A stretch of DNA of 64,000 nucleotides from Sulfurospirillaceae bacterium (lineage in GTDB: Bacteria; Campylobacterota; Campylobacteria; Campylobacterales; Sulfurospirillaceae): contig JAWVXD010000001.1 of the NCBI GenBank assembly GCA_033723415.1, forward strand, positions 352,001 through 416,000, given 5' to 3'. The first letter of the stretch is position 1; each line of letters starts with the position of its first letter. Below the pieces are notes generated by a model. That model ran no database searches. It was not told the origin of the DNA and was given only the letters and a program-made list of their open reading frames with translations. Positions 10,995 through 23,738 of the stretch are shown piece after piece. The position numbers and the translations under genes were made by a program.

Positions 10995-11465
10995 ATGAAA
11001 GAAATCAGAAGAGTTTTATCAGTTATTGTAACAAATGAGCATGGTGTACTTTCAAGAATTTCAGGATTATTTGCAGGACGTGGCTATAATATCGATACAT
11101 TGACTGTTGCTCCTATCCCTGATACGAATTTCTCAAGACTTACGATAGTGACATCGGGAAATGAAAATGTACTGGAACAAATCGTTAAGCAGCTGCACAA
11201 ACTTATACCGACATACAAAGTTATAGAATCTGGAGAATTTGTAGAAAAAGAAATGGCACTGGTCAAAATTCCACTCGGTGAGGATTTTAACGGCCTTGAT
11301 GCTATGTTAAAAGCCTACAATGGTACTATAGCCAATAGTGGAGCAGATTTTATAGTTGTAATGGTAGCTGATAATGCAAAAAGAATACAAGATTTTTTAA
11401 AAGCAATTAAAAAATACAATCCGACCGATATGGTTAGAAGCGGTTCAGTGGCTATGGATGTATAA
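10995..11465 (+). CDS. ilvH: Acetolactate synthase small subunit
   Basis: ACT domain [17 protein letters not shown]; follows large subunit. Confidence 0.95.
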   Translation: MKEIRRVLSVIVTNEHGVLSRISGLFAGRGYNIDTLTVAPIPDTNFSRLTIVTSGNENVLEQIVKQLHKLIPTYKVIESGEFVEKEMALVKIPLGEDFNGLDAMLKAYNGTIANSGADFIVVMVADNAKRIQDFLKAIKKYNPTDMVRSGSVAMDV

Positions 11466-12427
11466 TGACACTGAAAGATTTAGCAGATAAATTAGATATT
11501 GCGTATAATGGTCAAGATTTTGAGATAGCATCCTTTGCAACCTTACAAAGTGCGCATTCAAAGAATATCACATTTTTTGATGATGCAAAGTTGCTCGAAG
11601 ATCTAAAGAATACAAAAGCTAAAGCAGTCTTAATAAGTGAAAAATTTGCTTCATTTGTACCTGAAGATACACAAGCTTTGATCTGTGACAATCCGCATCT
11701 CTACATGGCTAAAGCTAGCAAGTATTTTGTAAAGGATTCATTTTCTTTTGGTGAAAATATAGAAATTCATCAAAATACAAGAATCTCACCAAATGTGCAA
11801 ATTGGAAGCAATAGCAAGATAGAAGAGGGTGCAATTATATATCCAAATGTCGTAATAGGATCAAATGTATATATCGGTAAAGACACTCTGATATATCCAA
11901 ATGTCGTAATCTATGCAGATTCCGTTATAGGTTCAAACTGTATATTACAGGCAGGTTCCATCATCGGAAGTGATGGCTTTGGTTATGCTCATACAAGAAA
12001 TGGGGAGCATGTAAAAATTCACCATAGTGGAAATGTTGTAATTGAAGATGATGTTGAAATAGGAGCAAATACAACGATTGATAAAGCAGTATTTGGTTCT
12101 ACCGTGATAAAAAAAGGAACAAAAATCGATAATCTCGTCCAAATTGCTCACAATTGTGAACTAGGAGAATATTGTTTGATAGTATCACAAACAGGAATTT
12201 CCGGCTCATCAAAGCTAGGAAGGAATGTAATCATGGGAGGACAAAGTGCAACTGCAGGTCATCTCTCAATTGGCGATTTTGCAACAATTGCAGCAAGAGG
12301 CGGTGTCACAAAGACAATTGATGGAGGAAAAGTTTATGGCGGATTTCCATTGATGTTACAAAAAGAGTGGCTAAAAAAACAAGCAAAAATAGCAAATTAT
12401 TTTAAAAAAATTAATAAAAGGATTTAA
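11465..12427 (+). CDS. lpxD: UDP-3-O-(3-hydroxymyristoyl)glucosamine N-acyltransferase
   Basis: Hexapeptide repeats, [19 protein letters not shown]. Confidence 0.95.
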   Translation: MTLKDLADKLDIAYNGQDFEIASFATLQSAHSKNITFFDDAKLLEDLKNTKAKAVLISEKFASFVPEDTQALICDNPHLYMAKASKYFVKDSFSFGENIEIHQNTRISPNVQIGSNSKIEEGAIIYPNVVIGSNVYIGKDTLIYPNVVIYADSVIGSNCILQAGSIIGSDGFGYAHTRNGEHVKIHHSGNVVIEDDVEIGANTTIDKAVFGSTVIKKGTKIDNLVQIAHNCELGEYCLIVSQTGISGSSKLGRNVIMGGQSATAGHLSIGDFATIAARGGVTKTIDGGKVYGGFPLMLQKEWLKKQAKIANYFKKINKRI

Positions 12428-12428
12428 A

Positions 12429-12668
12429 ATGGGTGGAAAGAACACTATACTAAAGGAATTTCCTTTGGCAGATACAAAAAATGGAAGAATTTCAGTTTCT
12501 CATCTAGAAGAGCCTTATGGTGATGGCTCATTCCCAGTTGTTAGCATAGGAATATCTCTAAAAAAGAATGCTGAAGAGCCAGACTGGAAAGCACACATCC
12601 CTTATGACAATTTGGATGAACTCATAGACGCGCTAAAAGAAGCACAAAAAATCTACGGTAAGAAATAA
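12429..12668 (+). CDS. Small hypothetical protein
   Basis: 79 aa with RBS, directly after lpxD and before a terminator. Confidence 0.7.
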   Translation: MGGKNTILKEFPLADTKNGRISVSHLEEPYGDGSFPVVSIGISLKKNAEEPDWKAHIPYDNLDELIDALKEAQKIYGKK

Positions 12669-12676
12669 ATCGAAAA

Positions 12677-12708
12677 GGGTTTACTCATCTAAAAAAATGA
12701 GTAAACCC
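12677..12708. terminator. Probable bidirectional terminator hairpin
   Basis: Perfect 12-bp inverted repeat GGGTTTACTCAT/ATGAGTAAACCC between convergent genes. Confidence 0.75.
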
Positions 12709-12721
12709 AACTTTCTCTTTT

Positions 12722-13891
12722 CTAATAATTCTCTTTTACAAAATCTTTAATTCTAGATATTCCTTCTTCGATACTTTTTGTATCTGTTGCAAATGAAAAT
12801 CTAAAATACCCGTCACTACCAAAACCGATACCAGGAACAGTGGCAACACCTTTATTTTCCAATAATCGTTTACAGAAATCTAAAGAATCATTGGATATTT
12901 TTTTAATATTCACATAAAGATAAAACGCACCGCTTGGTTTGATAACACTTAAACCATCGATTTCATTAAATAACTTTACTGCCACATTTCTTCTTTTTTC
13001 AAATTCAACCCTCATGCTTTCCATATCATTGTTTGCTTCACCCAATAATGCAGGAATTGCCGCTTTTTGAGTAATAGAGTTAATATTTGACGTACTTTGG
13101 CTCTGTAATTTTTTGATAGCAGCCGTTATCTCTTTAATAGGGCAGGCCATATAACCAAATCTCCAACCTGTCATAGCTACGGATTTACTCAATCCATTGA
13201 TCGTGATGGTTCTATCATACATATCTTTACTAATACTTGCCGTAGAAGTAAAGACAAGGTTGTCATAGATCAGTTTTTCATACATCTCATCTGAAGCTAC
13301 TAATACCTTAGTTCCTTTTAATACATCTGCCAATGCTTCAAGTTCAGCCTTCGTATAAACGGATCCTGTTGGATTTGAAGGCGAATTGAGTATTAGAAGC
13401 TTGGTTTTAGAAGTCATCGCATCTTTAAGCTGTTGGGGTGTTATTTTAAATCCTGTAGAATCATCTGTTTGGATTTCAACGACAGTTCCACCTGCATATT
13501 TTATGATCTCAGGATAAGTAACCCAATAAGGGGCCGGAACAATAACTTCATCACCATCATCCACAATAGCTTCCATTAGGTTAAATAATGATTGTTTTGC
13601 TCCAACATTAGAAATAATATCTCCCACTTGATAATCTAACCCATTTTCATTTTTTAATTTAATTTTGATAGCTTCAAGTAACTCCGGAGCTCCAGCAACT
13701 GCAGTGTATTTCGTAAAACCATCATTGATCGCTTTAATCGCTGCATCTTTTATGACTTGAGGAGTGTCAAAATCAGGTTCTCCTGCTGAAAAACTCAAAA
13801 CATCCTTGCCTTCTGCTTTCATTTGCTTTGCTAATGCAGTGATTGCAAGAGTCATGGATTCCGATAGTACTTGTATTCTTCTAGACAACAT
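12722..13891 (-). CDS. PLP-dependent aspartate aminotransferase (class I)
   Basis: AGEPDF, NSPSNPTG, DEMY, SKSVAMTGWRFG. Confidence 0.92.
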   Translation of the reverse strand: MLSRRIQVLSESMTLAITALAKQMKAEGKDVLSFSAGEPDFDTPQVIKDAAIKAINDGFTKYTAVAGAPELLEAIKIKLKNENGLDYQVGDIISNVGAKQSLFNLMEAIVDDGDEVIVPAPYWVTYPEIIKYAGGTVVEIQTDDSTGFKITPQQLKDAMTSKTKLLILNSPSNPTGSVYTKAELEALADVLKGTKVLVASDEMYEKLIYDNLVFTSTASISKDMYDRTITINGLSKSVAMTGWRFGYMACPIKEITAAIKKLQSQSTSNINSITQKAAIPALLGEANNDMESMRVEFEKRRNVAVKLFNEIDGLSVIKPSGAFYLYVNIKKISNDSLDFCKRLLENKGVATVPGIGFGSDGYFRFSFATDTKSIEEGISRIKDFVKENY

Positions 13892-13916
13892 ATTTTCTTC
13901 CTTTTAACCGTTGAGA

Positions 13917-14636
13917 TTATTGTTTTACTGAATTTAAAAACTGTTTATAAATATCTTCAAGTTCTTTGTCAGTCTCTATAAGATTTTTATCCGCATGCTG
14001 TTCATTAACGGCAGTTTCCAAAGCTTTAATCCTCTTAAATAGATATAAAAATAGTTCTTTATTGATATCTGGTATCTTATTATGAGCCATAGGATTTTTA
14101 TCTCTGCCTTTTTCGATTACTCGTGCCGGGATACCCACGGCAGTTGAATTATCAGGGACGGAATTAACGACTACCGAATTAGAACCGATTCTGCAATTTT
14201 TCCCTATCGTGATATCTCCTAAAACTTTTGCTCCTGCACCGATAACCGTTCCACTCGAGATCGTAGGATGTCTCTTTTGACCTCTGTTTAAATTGACTCC
14301 GCCGAGCGTCACTCCTTGGTATATCAATATATCATCCTCGACAACAGCGGTTTCTCCGATCACCACGCCGAAAGCATGATCTAAAAATACTCTTCTTCCG
14401 ATTGTAGCACCAGGGTGGATATCAATATTTGTCACAAACTGATTGATACCCATAATCATCCTAGCCAGTAACTTGAAATCTCGGATATACAGTTCATGTG
14501 CTATTCTATAATTTACGATAGCCCAGACACCTGGGTAATTAAAAAATAGTTCAAATTTTGAATTTATGGCAGGATCGCTTTGAACAGGCTGAGAAAAATC
14601 TTCTTTGATTTTATGCCATAAACTAACTTTGTTCAT
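13917..14636 (-). CDS. cysE: Serine O-acetyltransferase
   Basis: DIHPGATIGRRVFLDH, QGVTLGG, KRHPT. Confidence 0.95.
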   Translation of the reverse strand: MNKVSLWHKIKEDFSQPVQSDPAINSKFELFFNYPGVWAIVNYRIAHELYIRDFKLLARMIMGINQFVTNIDIHPGATIGRRVFLDHAFGVVIGETAVVEDDILIYQGVTLGGVNLNRGQKRHPTISSGTVIGAGAKVLGDITIGKNCRIGSNSVVVNSVPDNSTAVGIPARVIEKGRDKNPMAHNKIPDINKELFLYLFKRIKALETAVNEQHADKNLIETDKELEDIYKQFLNSVKQ

Positions 14637-16474
14637 TGTTCTTCCTTACCATTGATGGTTTTAAGATATCCATTGTCATTTAGGAATAGATAAATTTCGC
14701 CTAATATATACTTCTTTGTCTTATCGTCTATTAAATCTGATTTTTCAATTTTTTCATTTAAGATTTCTTGAACTTCTTTGATATCATAATCTAAATCTTC
14801 GAGTATATCCAAAATACTTTGCGATTCGATTAAATTTTCTATTTCAAATCCTTTGTCATCTATCTTTATTGTTGCTTCTGTAGGATGTGCAAAAAGGTTA
14901 TGATTCATACCCAACACTTCTTGGTATGCACCTACTAGAAAAAATCCTATAAAATAGTCTTCCTTAGTCACATCTAGATCATGTAAAAGTAACGGATTAT
15001 TTCTGTTATAGCTTATCTCTCCATCGCTGTCGCAAGTTATATCCCAAATTGAAGCAGATCTAGTAGGTTTTTCATCAAGTCTGTCAAGAGGCATGGCAGG
15101 GAAGGATTGATCAATTCCCCAAAAATCCGGTAAACTCTGAAAAATTGAAAAATTAACAAGATATCTTTCTTGCACCATATCTTGAATTTGAAGTAACTCT
15201 TTTGTCTTTTTGTCTTTTAAAAGCATAATAGCTTTTTTCATGATCAAATTAACCAATATTTCCGTATTGCTTCTATCAATAAGATCTATATATCCTAAGT
15301 CAAACAATGTCAATAGTGAATCCATATGATCAATGCTGTCATGCAGATATTCTTGAGCATGCAGATGATTCATAGTCGTATACAGATCATATAATTCTTG
15401 TATTAGAGGAGGATTTTTATCCTTTAATTTTAATTTTTCTTCAGTATATTCTTGAGAAAAAAGCTCTAAAACAGGAGCAACCAAAACAGCATGTGATGCT
15501 GCTATATATCTTCCTGATTCTATAAAAATATTTGGTTCGGCGACATTTGCTCTAGTGGATATATCTTTTAATAAAAATGTAATATCATTTGCATATTCAT
15601 TTAAAGAATAGTTTCGATTCATCGTACTTTTTTGCTGTGAATATTCGATCGCGAGCCCTCCGCCTATATTAATCGCATTTAGCCCTGTTGCTCCCATTTT
15701 ATTTAGCTGCACAAATATATTTCCGGCTTCTCTTAGAGCTTTTTTCAAGGGCCCAATATCTGAAATTTGTGAGCCTATATGAAAATGAATCATACTAAAA
15801 CGTTCTATAAGTCCGGCATCCTTTAGCATATTAACAGCTTGCAACAACTCAGTAGAAGTCAAACCGAATTTTGAATTTATACCGCCACTCTTCGCCCATA
15901 TGCCTACACCGGAACTGTGTAATCTTATTCTTAGCCCGATGTTTGGAACCTGTCCGAATCTCTTTTTGGCGATTTTTATTATATTTTCAAGCTCACTTAA
16001 TCCTTCTATGGTTATTGTTATATTGTGACCCATTTCACTAGCAATAAAACCTATATTTATCATCTCTTCGTCCTTAAAGCCATTGACTGTGATAGGTGAG
16101 TTATCGCTATTATACGCCATAGCTAAGAACAATTCAGCTTTACTTCCGGCTTCTAAACCATAATTGTATTTTTCACCTAATCTAACTAGATTTTTTACAA
16201 AATTTGGATATTGGTTTACCTTTAGCGGATAAACAGCATTAAACGAGCCTTTGTATTTGAACTCTTCTCTTGCTTTATTAAATGTTCTGTAAATCAAATC
16301 AATTTGTTTTTCTATCAAATGAGGAAACCTCAATAATATAGGTCCTTTTATATCATCTTCTCTAATTCTTTGTACAATTTTTACTAAAGAAGGGCTACTT
16401 TTATAATTTAGTTTTACTTTTTTATTGTCAATAAAAAAATTATCATCACCCCATATTTTAATTCCATAATCCAA
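14633..16474 (-). CDS. speA: Biosynthetic arginine decarboxylase
   Basis: VYPLKVNQ, GLEAGSKAE, HFHIGSQ, TCDSDG. Confidence 0.96.
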   Translation of the reverse strand: MDYGIKIWGDDNFFIDNKKVKLNYKSSPSLVKIVQRIREDDIKGPILLRFPHLIEKQIDLIYRTFNKAREEFKYKGSFNAVYPLKVNQYPNFVKNLVRLGEKYNYGLEAGSKAELFLAMAYNSDNSPITVNGFKDEEMINIGFIASEMGHNITITIEGLSELENIIKIAKKRFGQVPNIGLRIRLHSSGVGIWAKSGGINSKFGLTSTELLQAVNMLKDAGLIERFSMIHFHIGSQISDIGPLKKALREAGNIFVQLNKMGATGLNAINIGGGLAIEYSQQKSTMNRNYSLNEYANDITFLLKDISTRANVAEPNIFIESGRYIAASHAVLVAPVLELFSQEYTEEKLKLKDKNPPLIQELYDLYTTMNHLHAQEYLHDSIDHMDSLLTLFDLGYIDLIDRSNTEILVNLIMKKAIMLLKDKKTKELLQIQDMVQERYLVNFSIFQSLPDFWGIDQSFPAMPLDRLDEKPTRSASIWDITCDSDGEISYNRNNPLLLHDLDVTKEDYFIGFFLVGAYQEVLGMNHNLFAHPTEATIKIDDKGFEIENLIESQSILDILEDLDYDIKEVQEILNEKIEKSDLIDDKTKKYILGEIYLFLNDNGYLKTINGKEEQ

Positions 16475-16475
16475 A

Positions 16476-17696
16476 TTATTCTCCTAAGAAATCTTCTATT
16501 GCCATACTTTTTTCTTCTTTATTCTCTAAATCTTTTAGCCAAATCAAATTTTTTGCTAATTCATCTTCACCTATACATATACAAAATCTGGCATTTTGTT
16601 TATCAGCATTTTTCAAGTGTGATTTCAGACTTTTCGTCTCATAATTCAATGCAACTTTTTCTTTTCTTCTTAACTGAATTGATAACTTAAAAGTAATATC
16701 CAGTGCTTCTTCACAGAGTGCTCCTATATAATATCCCGATCTTAAACTCTCCGGCATATCAATCAGTTCCATGAGTCTTTCTATACCCATAGCAAATCCA
16801 ATTCCATATGTAGGTTTTCCATCTAAATATTCAACTAATCTATCATATCTACCGCCGCCGGCTATTGCACTTTGAGCACCTATCTCATTACTTACAAACT
16901 CAAATGCAGTCTTATTATAATAATCAAGTCCACGAACTAATTTTGGATTTAACGAGTATTTTACATCAAAATCATTCAAAATTGATGTAAGTTTAGTAAA
17001 ATCACTTTGACAGCCCGTGCACAGATTATCTGTGATCAAAGGAGCTGATTTATAAACCTCTTGGCATCCCTCATTTTTACAATCTAAGACTCTTATTGGA
17101 TTTGTATCTTTTCTTCTTTTGCAATCCTCACAGATCTCACTTTCATGTCTTCCCAAAAAATCTACAAGCTTTTCTCTGTAAAATGGCATGCATTCATTAC
17201 ATCCAAGAGAATTCAGCTCTAATATATAGCTTATGCCAAAGAAATCTAACATCTCTTTTAACATCAAAATGATACTTGCATCTTCTTTTACACTTGATTC
17301 TCCAAAAGACTCGACTCCAAACTGATGAAATTCTCTAAGTCTTCCTTTTTGTGGTCTTTCATATCTGAACATAGGTCCATGATAGAAAAATTTCTTATTT
17401 CCTCCGGCTTTATCAAACTTTTGCTGTATAAAAGCTCTAACTACTCCTGCCGTTCCCTCTGGACGCATACATACGTCATTGCCGCCTTTATCCATAAATT
17501 GATACATCTCTTTACCGACAATATCGCTACTTTCTCCAACACTTCTTTTAAAAAGAGCTGTTTCTTCTAAGATTGGAGTTTCAATATAATTGAATCCATA
17601 GTTTTGTGCTATTCTACTACAGTTTTCAACAAAATATAGATATCTCTCACTGCTTGGTGTCAGTAAATCTTTCATGCCTCTAAGCGCTTGTATCAT
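16476..17696 (-). CDS. hisS: Histidine--tRNA ligase
   Basis: RPEGTA, FRYERPQKGR, VRGLDYY, GGGRYD. Confidence 0.97.
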   Translation of the reverse strand: MIQALRGMKDLLTPSSERYLYFVENCSRIAQNYGFNYIETPILEETALFKRSVGESSDIVGKEMYQFMDKGGNDVCMRPEGTAGVVRAFIQQKFDKAGGNKKFFYHGPMFRYERPQKGRLREFHQFGVESFGESSVKEDASIILMLKEMLDFFGISYILELNSLGCNECMPFYREKLVDFLGRHESEICEDCKRRKDTNPIRVLDCKNEGCQEVYKSAPLITDNLCTGCQSDFTKLTSILNDFDVKYSLNPKLVRGLDYYNKTAFEFVSNEIGAQSAIAGGGRYDRLVEYLDGKPTYGIGFAMGIERLMELIDMPESLRSGYYIGALCEEALDITFKLSIQLRRKEKVALNYETKSLKSHLKNADKQNARFCICIGEDELAKNLIWLKDLENKEEKSMAIEDFLGE

Positions 17697-18270
17697 ATAT
17701 AAATCCCTCTATTTTTTTATAAATATTTTCTATTGTATCAGACGAGTCTATCATTAAGACTTTTACTGAAAGCTTCTTTAATACTTTTTCCATAAGCTCT
17801 TGTACACTCAAAAGATAATCAATCCCTCTTAATTCTATATTGTCATGATCCTTTTGTGATAATCTTTGTCCTATCAACTCTTTTGTTGTCTTAAAAAGTA
17901 CAACTGCATCCGGCAAGTTCCCGCTTAATGCAAATTTATTTAATTCGATTAAAAAATCAATATCTAAACTTTCACTGTTCGCAAGAGCATAAGCGATACC
18001 TGACACTAAACCTCTGTCTGATAAGATCATCTTTTCATCGTTGTCTTTTATATTTTCAGCAAAATTTTGAGCTCTATCGGCTAAGAAAAGAAACAATTCG
18101 GCATTAAAAGAAAGTTTATGTTCACTATTTAAAATAATCTCTCTTAGATTTTTCCCAAGTTCTGTATTTCCAGGTTCTTTGAGAGTTATGATATTTTCAT
18201 GTCTTTGTTTAAAAAGCTCGATCTGAGTACTTTTTCCTGTCGTGTCTATACCTTCAAATATTATGTACAT
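17680..18270 (-). CDS. tmk: Thymidylate kinase
   Basis: FEGIDTTGKST, EPG, SDR. Confidence 0.93.
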   Translation of the reverse strand: MYIIFEGIDTTGKSTQIELFKQRHENIITLKEPGNTELGKNLREIILNSEHKLSFNAELFLFLADRAQNFAENIKDNDEKMILSDRGLVSGIAYALANSESLDIDFLIELNKFALSGNLPDAVVLFKTTKELIGQRLSQKDHDNIELRGIDYLLSVQELMEKVLKKLSVKVLMIDSSDTIENIYKKIEGFIYDTSA

Positions 18271-18746
18271 TATTTCTTCTTAATATATTTTAAGACTTCA
18301 TTTGGGACTAGGTGACTTGCATCACCATTGTGTCTTATGATATCTCTCACAACTGTTGAGCTTATAAAAGCATGTTCTAAGTTTGGCATAAGATAAACAG
18401 TATCTATATTTTTATCCATAGAAGCGTTTGCGTAACCGATCTGAAGCTCAAATTCAAAATCACTTACCGCTCTAAGTCCTCTTATGATCGTATTGACATT
18501 TTGATCCTTACAAAACTTGACAAGCAGGCTATAAAAGGGCAAAACATCAACATTTTCAATATCTTTTACACTGTCTTTTGCCATATTTACTCTTGTTTGT
18601 ATATCAAACATAGGATTTTTATTGCCTGAGTCGGCAATACCTACAATAACTCTATCAAATATTTTTCTAGCTCTTTTTATAACAGAAATATGTCCAATTG
18701 TTATGGGATCAAATGTTCCTGGATATATTGCGACTAGGTGTGGCAT
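18270..18746 (-). CDS. coaD: Phosphopantetheine adenylyltransferase
   Basis: YPGTFDPITIGH, RGLRAVSDFEFE, ISSTVVR; start moved to ATG 18746. Confidence 0.96.
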   Translation of the reverse strand: MPHLVAIYPGTFDPITIGHISVIKRARKIFDRVIVGIADSGNKNPMFDIQTRVNMAKDSVKDIENVDVLPFYSLLVKFCKDQNVNTIIRGLRAVSDFEFELQIGYANASMDKNIDTVYLMPNLEHAFISSTVVRDIIRHNGDASHLVPNEVLKYIKKK

Positions 18747-18750
18747 AGTT

Positions 18751-19272
18751 TTAGCCCTCCCATCTTTTAAATAGATCATGTTTTATTCTAAGTGCATCAA
18801 ACCATTTTCCTATCAGAAAATCTTCCATATCATCTAAAGATTTTATATCTGCATAATATCCTAATATAGGTGGGGATATGATCACTCCCAAATGTGACAA
18901 CTTAGACATGTTATCTAAAGCTATAGCAGAAAATGGCATTTCTCTTGGAGCCAGCAACAAAGTTTTACGTTCTTTTATCATAACGCTTGCACTTCTAGTG
19001 ATAAGATTATCGCTTATACCGCAAGCAATTTTCGCTAAAGTATTCATGCTACAAGGTATGATAACCATAGCATCTGCACCAAATGAACCTGATGATACAG
19101 GAGCAGCTATATCACTGTTGTCAAAGAAAGTTCTATTGTCTTCTTTGCTTAAAACAGTAGAAGAGTTTTCAGAAAAAATAATATATTTTTCAATATCCCG
19201 TGGCAATTTCTTTATAAATTTTTCACCTAATCGAACTCCGCTAGCTCCGCTTATACCAATAACTAATTTCAT
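18751..19272 (-). CDS. ubiX: UbiX family flavin prenyltransferase
   Basis: GISGASG, SSGS, PCSMNTL, PREMP. Confidence 0.92.
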   Translation of the reverse strand: MKLVIGISGASGVRLGEKFIKKLPRDIEKYIIFSENSSTVLSKEDNRTFFDNSDIAAPVSSGSFGADAMVIIPCSMNTLAKIACGISDNLITRSASVMIKERKTLLLAPREMPFSAIALDNMSKLSHLGVIISPPILGYYADIKSLDDMEDFLIGKWFDALRIKHDLFKRWEG

Positions 19273-19293
19273 TTTATTTTGTCCAATCTACTA

Positions 19294-20258
<965 letters not shown>

Positions 20259-20276
20259 TTACAGGTTGAAATTTTA

Positions 20277-21485
20277 TCAAAAAAATCCTTTAAAAAGTAT
20301 TATTTTTACCTCTTCATCTTTAGAAAATTCACTAGTCTTTTCATCTGTAACGAGTAAGGCATTGCTCTCAACTATAGGTAATATCATACCTGAGCCATAT
20401 TTATTTTCCATGGTTACAAAGAACTTTCCATCTTTATAGGTACCTAAAATGAGATTTGATCTATTTGGCTTTATCTTCAGGGATTCATTCATCTTAGCAA
20501 CTATAGTCTGATGACTAAAATCTATATTTCCTTGTATCTTTTTCAACATTGGGATTAAAAATAAAAATGCATTTACATAAGCAGCTAGAGGATTACCCGG
20601 CATTGAAGCAACAATAGTATTATCCATTTTACCTATCATTGTAGGACGACCAGGTTTAATATTTACGCCATGGAACAGAGGTTTAAGACCATTGAAGAGT
20701 AAAGCTTCTTCTACAAAATCAGCTTCACCCATACTGATTCCACCTGTTGTAACCAGAATATCATATCTTTTCATTTGTTGGAAATATGCCTTGCTCTGGT
20801 CTAAACTATCAGGTATTACACCACAATAATCAGCATCAAAACCAAACTCTTTAAACAAAGCAATAAGTGCAGATGAATTTACATTATATATCTCATCAGA
20901 TGCAGCTTCTTCCCAAGGCTCTTTTAATTCATTACCTGTAGAAAAAATTGCAATAGATGGTTTTCTATATACTTCAATTTGGGAAATACCTTGAGATGAG
21001 AGTAGGGCAATTCCTGAAGAATTAAGAAAAGTTCCTTGACTTAACAAGATCTTCCCCTCTGAAACTTCTTCACCTTTTTTTCTAAATGCATTTCCTTGTT
21101 TTATACTTTTTTTGATTTCTATATAGCTTTCATCATACAGTTCTGTATCTTCAAAACCGACTATAGTATCAACATCATCTGGAACTTTTGCTCCTGTCAT
21201 GATCTTATAACATTCATTTTTACCTAATGTAGTTTGACAATTACTACCTGCAAATATAGTATCTTTTATATATAATCTATCATTGATTTCTGAAAATTTA
21301 AAAGCATAGCCATCAAGTGCAGAATTATTAAAAGAAGGCAGATTCTTTTTGCATGGTATATCTTTTGCTACAACATATCCCAAAGCTTGAGAAAGAGGCA
21401 ACAATAAGCTTGAAGATTTATTATCAACTAATCCTAATAGTAGTTTTTTTGATTCTTCCAAAGAAACAGATGTTAGTTTTTGCAT
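20277..21485 (-). CDS. moeA: Molybdopterin molybdotransferase
   Basis: SALDGYA, IMTGA, STGNEL, TGGIS, KPGRP, MPGNP. Confidence 0.95.
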   Translation of the reverse strand: MQKLTSVSLEESKKLLLGLVDNKSSSLLLPLSQALGYVVAKDIPCKKNLPSFNNSALDGYAFKFSEINDRLYIKDTIFAGSNCQTTLGKNECYKIMTGAKVPDDVDTIVGFEDTELYDESYIEIKKSIKQGNAFRKKGEEVSEGKILLSQGTFLNSSGIALLSSQGISQIEVYRKPSIAIFSTGNELKEPWEEAASDEIYNVNSSALIALFKEFGFDADYCGVIPDSLDQSKAYFQQMKRYDILVTTGGISMGEADFVEEALLFNGLKPLFHGVNIKPGRPTMIGKMDNTIVASMPGNPLAAYVNAFLFLIPMLKKIQGNIDFSHQTIVAKMNESLKIKPNRSNLILGTYKDGKFFVTMENKYGSGMILPIVESNALLVTDEKTSEFSKDEEVKIILFKGFF

Positions 21486-21489
21486 ACAT

Positions 21490-22752
21490 TTACTCCTCTA
21501 ATCTTTCGATCTTTGCACCTAATGCAGAAAATTTTCCTTCCAAATTTTCATATCCTCTATCTAGATGATAAATTCTATGTATTTTGGTTGTACCATTTGC
21601 CACCAATGCTGCCAAGATAAGAGCCGAACTGGCTCTTAGATCTGTAGCCATGACATCTGCTGCATTTAAATCGGTATCACCTTCTATTGTAGCGCTATGT
21701 CCTTTTAATTTGATATTAGCGCCCATCCTTCCAAGCTCACTGACATGCATAAATCTATTTTCAAATAGTCTTTCATCAATAATACTAGTTCCTTTTGCTT
21801 GTGTGCAAAGGGCCATAAATTGTGCCTGCATATCCGTTGGAAAGCCTGGATATTCCGTTGTCTCTATATCACAGGATTTTATAACGTCAGCAGGAAGCAA
21901 AGTGATAGATTCTTGATCTATCTCTAAACCAAAACCCATCTGTTTTAATTTTAATGTAATAGATTCTAAATGTTTTGGTATGATATTAGTAATGGTAATT
22001 TCAGAATTGGTGATAGCTCCGGCACACAAATATGTACCTGCTTCTATACGATCAGGTATGACCTTGACGTCTTTCATATCCAACAGCTGACCGCAACTTC
22101 CTACTATACTAATATTTGAAGTGCCTATTCCTTCAAGTTTAACTCCGGCGTCTTTTAAGACTTCACATAACTGCACTACTTCCGGTTCTTTCGCTACGTT
22201 GACTAGATTTGTTACGCCATGAGCCAAACTTGCTGCCATTATAATATTTTCACTTCCAGTAACAGTCACTTTATCAAAGATAATGTTTGCTCCTACTAAA
22301 CCGTTTGGCGCTTTTGCCACTATATAACCTTGTTTGATCTCAATTTCGGCTCCCATTTGTTCTAAGGCTTTTAGGTGAAGGTCTATGGGTCTTTGTCCTA
22401 TCGCACATCCACCTGGAAGAGACACTTCGCAATGCCCAAAACGAGATAAAAGTGGCCCAAGAGTAAGTATTGATGCTCTCATCTTTCTGACAATATCATA
22501 ATTAGCGATAGCAGACTCTACCCCAGTCGTATCAACAGATACAGAGTTTTCTTTATGCGTAAAGATTGAACCTAAATTTTCCAACAGCTTTAGCAGTGTT
22601 TTAACGTCCGCAACATTAGGTAGATTAGAAAGCGTAACGTTGTTTTTTGATAAAAGAGTAGCAGCTAAAAGAGGAAGCGCCGAGTTTTTGGCCCCTGAAA
22701 TAGCAATTGAACCTTTTAGTTTTTGGTTTCCTTCAATAGACAAATAATGCAT
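21490..22752 (-). CDS. murA: UDP-N-acetylglucosamine 1-carboxyvinyltransferase
   Basis: [30 protein letters not shown]. Confidence 0.97.
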   Translation of the reverse strand: MHYLSIEGNQKLKGSIAISGAKNSALPLLAATLLSKNNVTLSNLPNVADVKTLLKLLENLGSIFTHKENSVSVDTTGVESAIANYDIVRKMRASILTLGPLLSRFGHCEVSLPGGCAIGQRPIDLHLKALEQMGAEIEIKQGYIVAKAPNGLVGANIIFDKVTVTGSENIIMAASLAHGVTNLVNVAKEPEVVQLCEVLKDAGVKLEGIGTSNISIVGSCGQLLDMKDVKVIPDRIEAGTYLCAGAITNSEITITNIIPKHLESITLKLKQMGFGLEIDQESITLLPADVIKSCDIETTEYPGFPTDMQAQFMALCTQAKGTSIIDERLFENRFMHVSELGRMGANIKLKGHSATIEGDTDLNAADVMATDLRASSALILAALVANGTTKIHRIYHLDRGYENLEGKFSALGAKIERLEE

Positions 22753-22911
22753 AAATATAATCCTTGATGTAATTAACTCAATATTGTATAAAAATTATAT
22801 TTAAACCTTGATATGTTCTATGTATATATAATAAGATAAATTTGCTATTTGATACAAATTTTCTTGATTAGCTTTTGGAAAAATTTATTTATTAGTTGAT
22901 ATAATTCAGAC

Positions 22912-23409
22912 ATGAAAAAAATATACTTGATAAGACATGCAAAATCTAGCTGGAAAAATGCGAATATTAGTGATTTTGACAGACCACTAAACAAAAGAGG
23001 CAAAGAAGATATTAAATTTATGTCCAAAAGATTAAAATTTTTTCGGATCATGCCTGATATAATCATATCCAGTCCTGCGAAAAGAGCTAAAAAAACAACT
23101 GAAGGCATTGCCTCAATCATAGGATATGATGAAAGTAAAATAGTATATCAACCGGCTCTATATGAATCTTCCTTTGAAACTTACATGGATTTAATCACAA
23201 ATATAGATGATTCATATAACTCTGTATTTTTAGTTGCACACAACCCTACATTAACAGAAGCAGGTGAGATGTTAAGTGGTGCAATACTCACAAATATTCC
23301 TACATGCTCGATTGTTTGTATTGAATTTGATATAAACTCCTTTGAAGATATAAAAGAGGGTAGTGGGAAAATATTATTTTTTGATTATCCTAAAAAACAT
23401 AGAAAATAA
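22912..23409 (+). CDS. sixA: SixA-like histidine phosphatase
   Basis: LIRHAKS, DFDRPL, SSPAKRA, VAHNP. Confidence 0.88.
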   Translation: MKKIYLIRHAKSSWKNANISDFDRPLNKRGKEDIKFMSKRLKFFRIMPDIIISSPAKRAKKTTEGIASIIGYDESKIVYQPALYESSFETYMDLITNIDDSYNSVFLVAHNPTLTEAGEMLSGAILTNIPTCSIVCIEFDINSFEDIKEGSGKILFFDYPKKHRK

Positions 23410-23738
23410 AAAATAAAATTCCTCTCCAAGATTTTTTATACACAAGATCTAAAATTCTCTTTTTGTTTGTTAGTAACACATTTTTTACTCATAACTTATA
23501 AAATTTAAAATACATATAATTTTACATATAATTTTCCAATATGCCTAAATTTAGGGCTTAAAAGGTCTTATAATTACGGTTTTTTCATCAACTAACATGT
23601 TAGTAATTACATATATTTTAAGATAATGTTTCACGCAAAAACAAAGAAGAAATATGAAAAATATGCTAAAAACACATCTCTATCTAACTTTATTTAAATA
23701 AAAAGAATGTATAATTATCTCCACTTAAAAGGAGTCAT

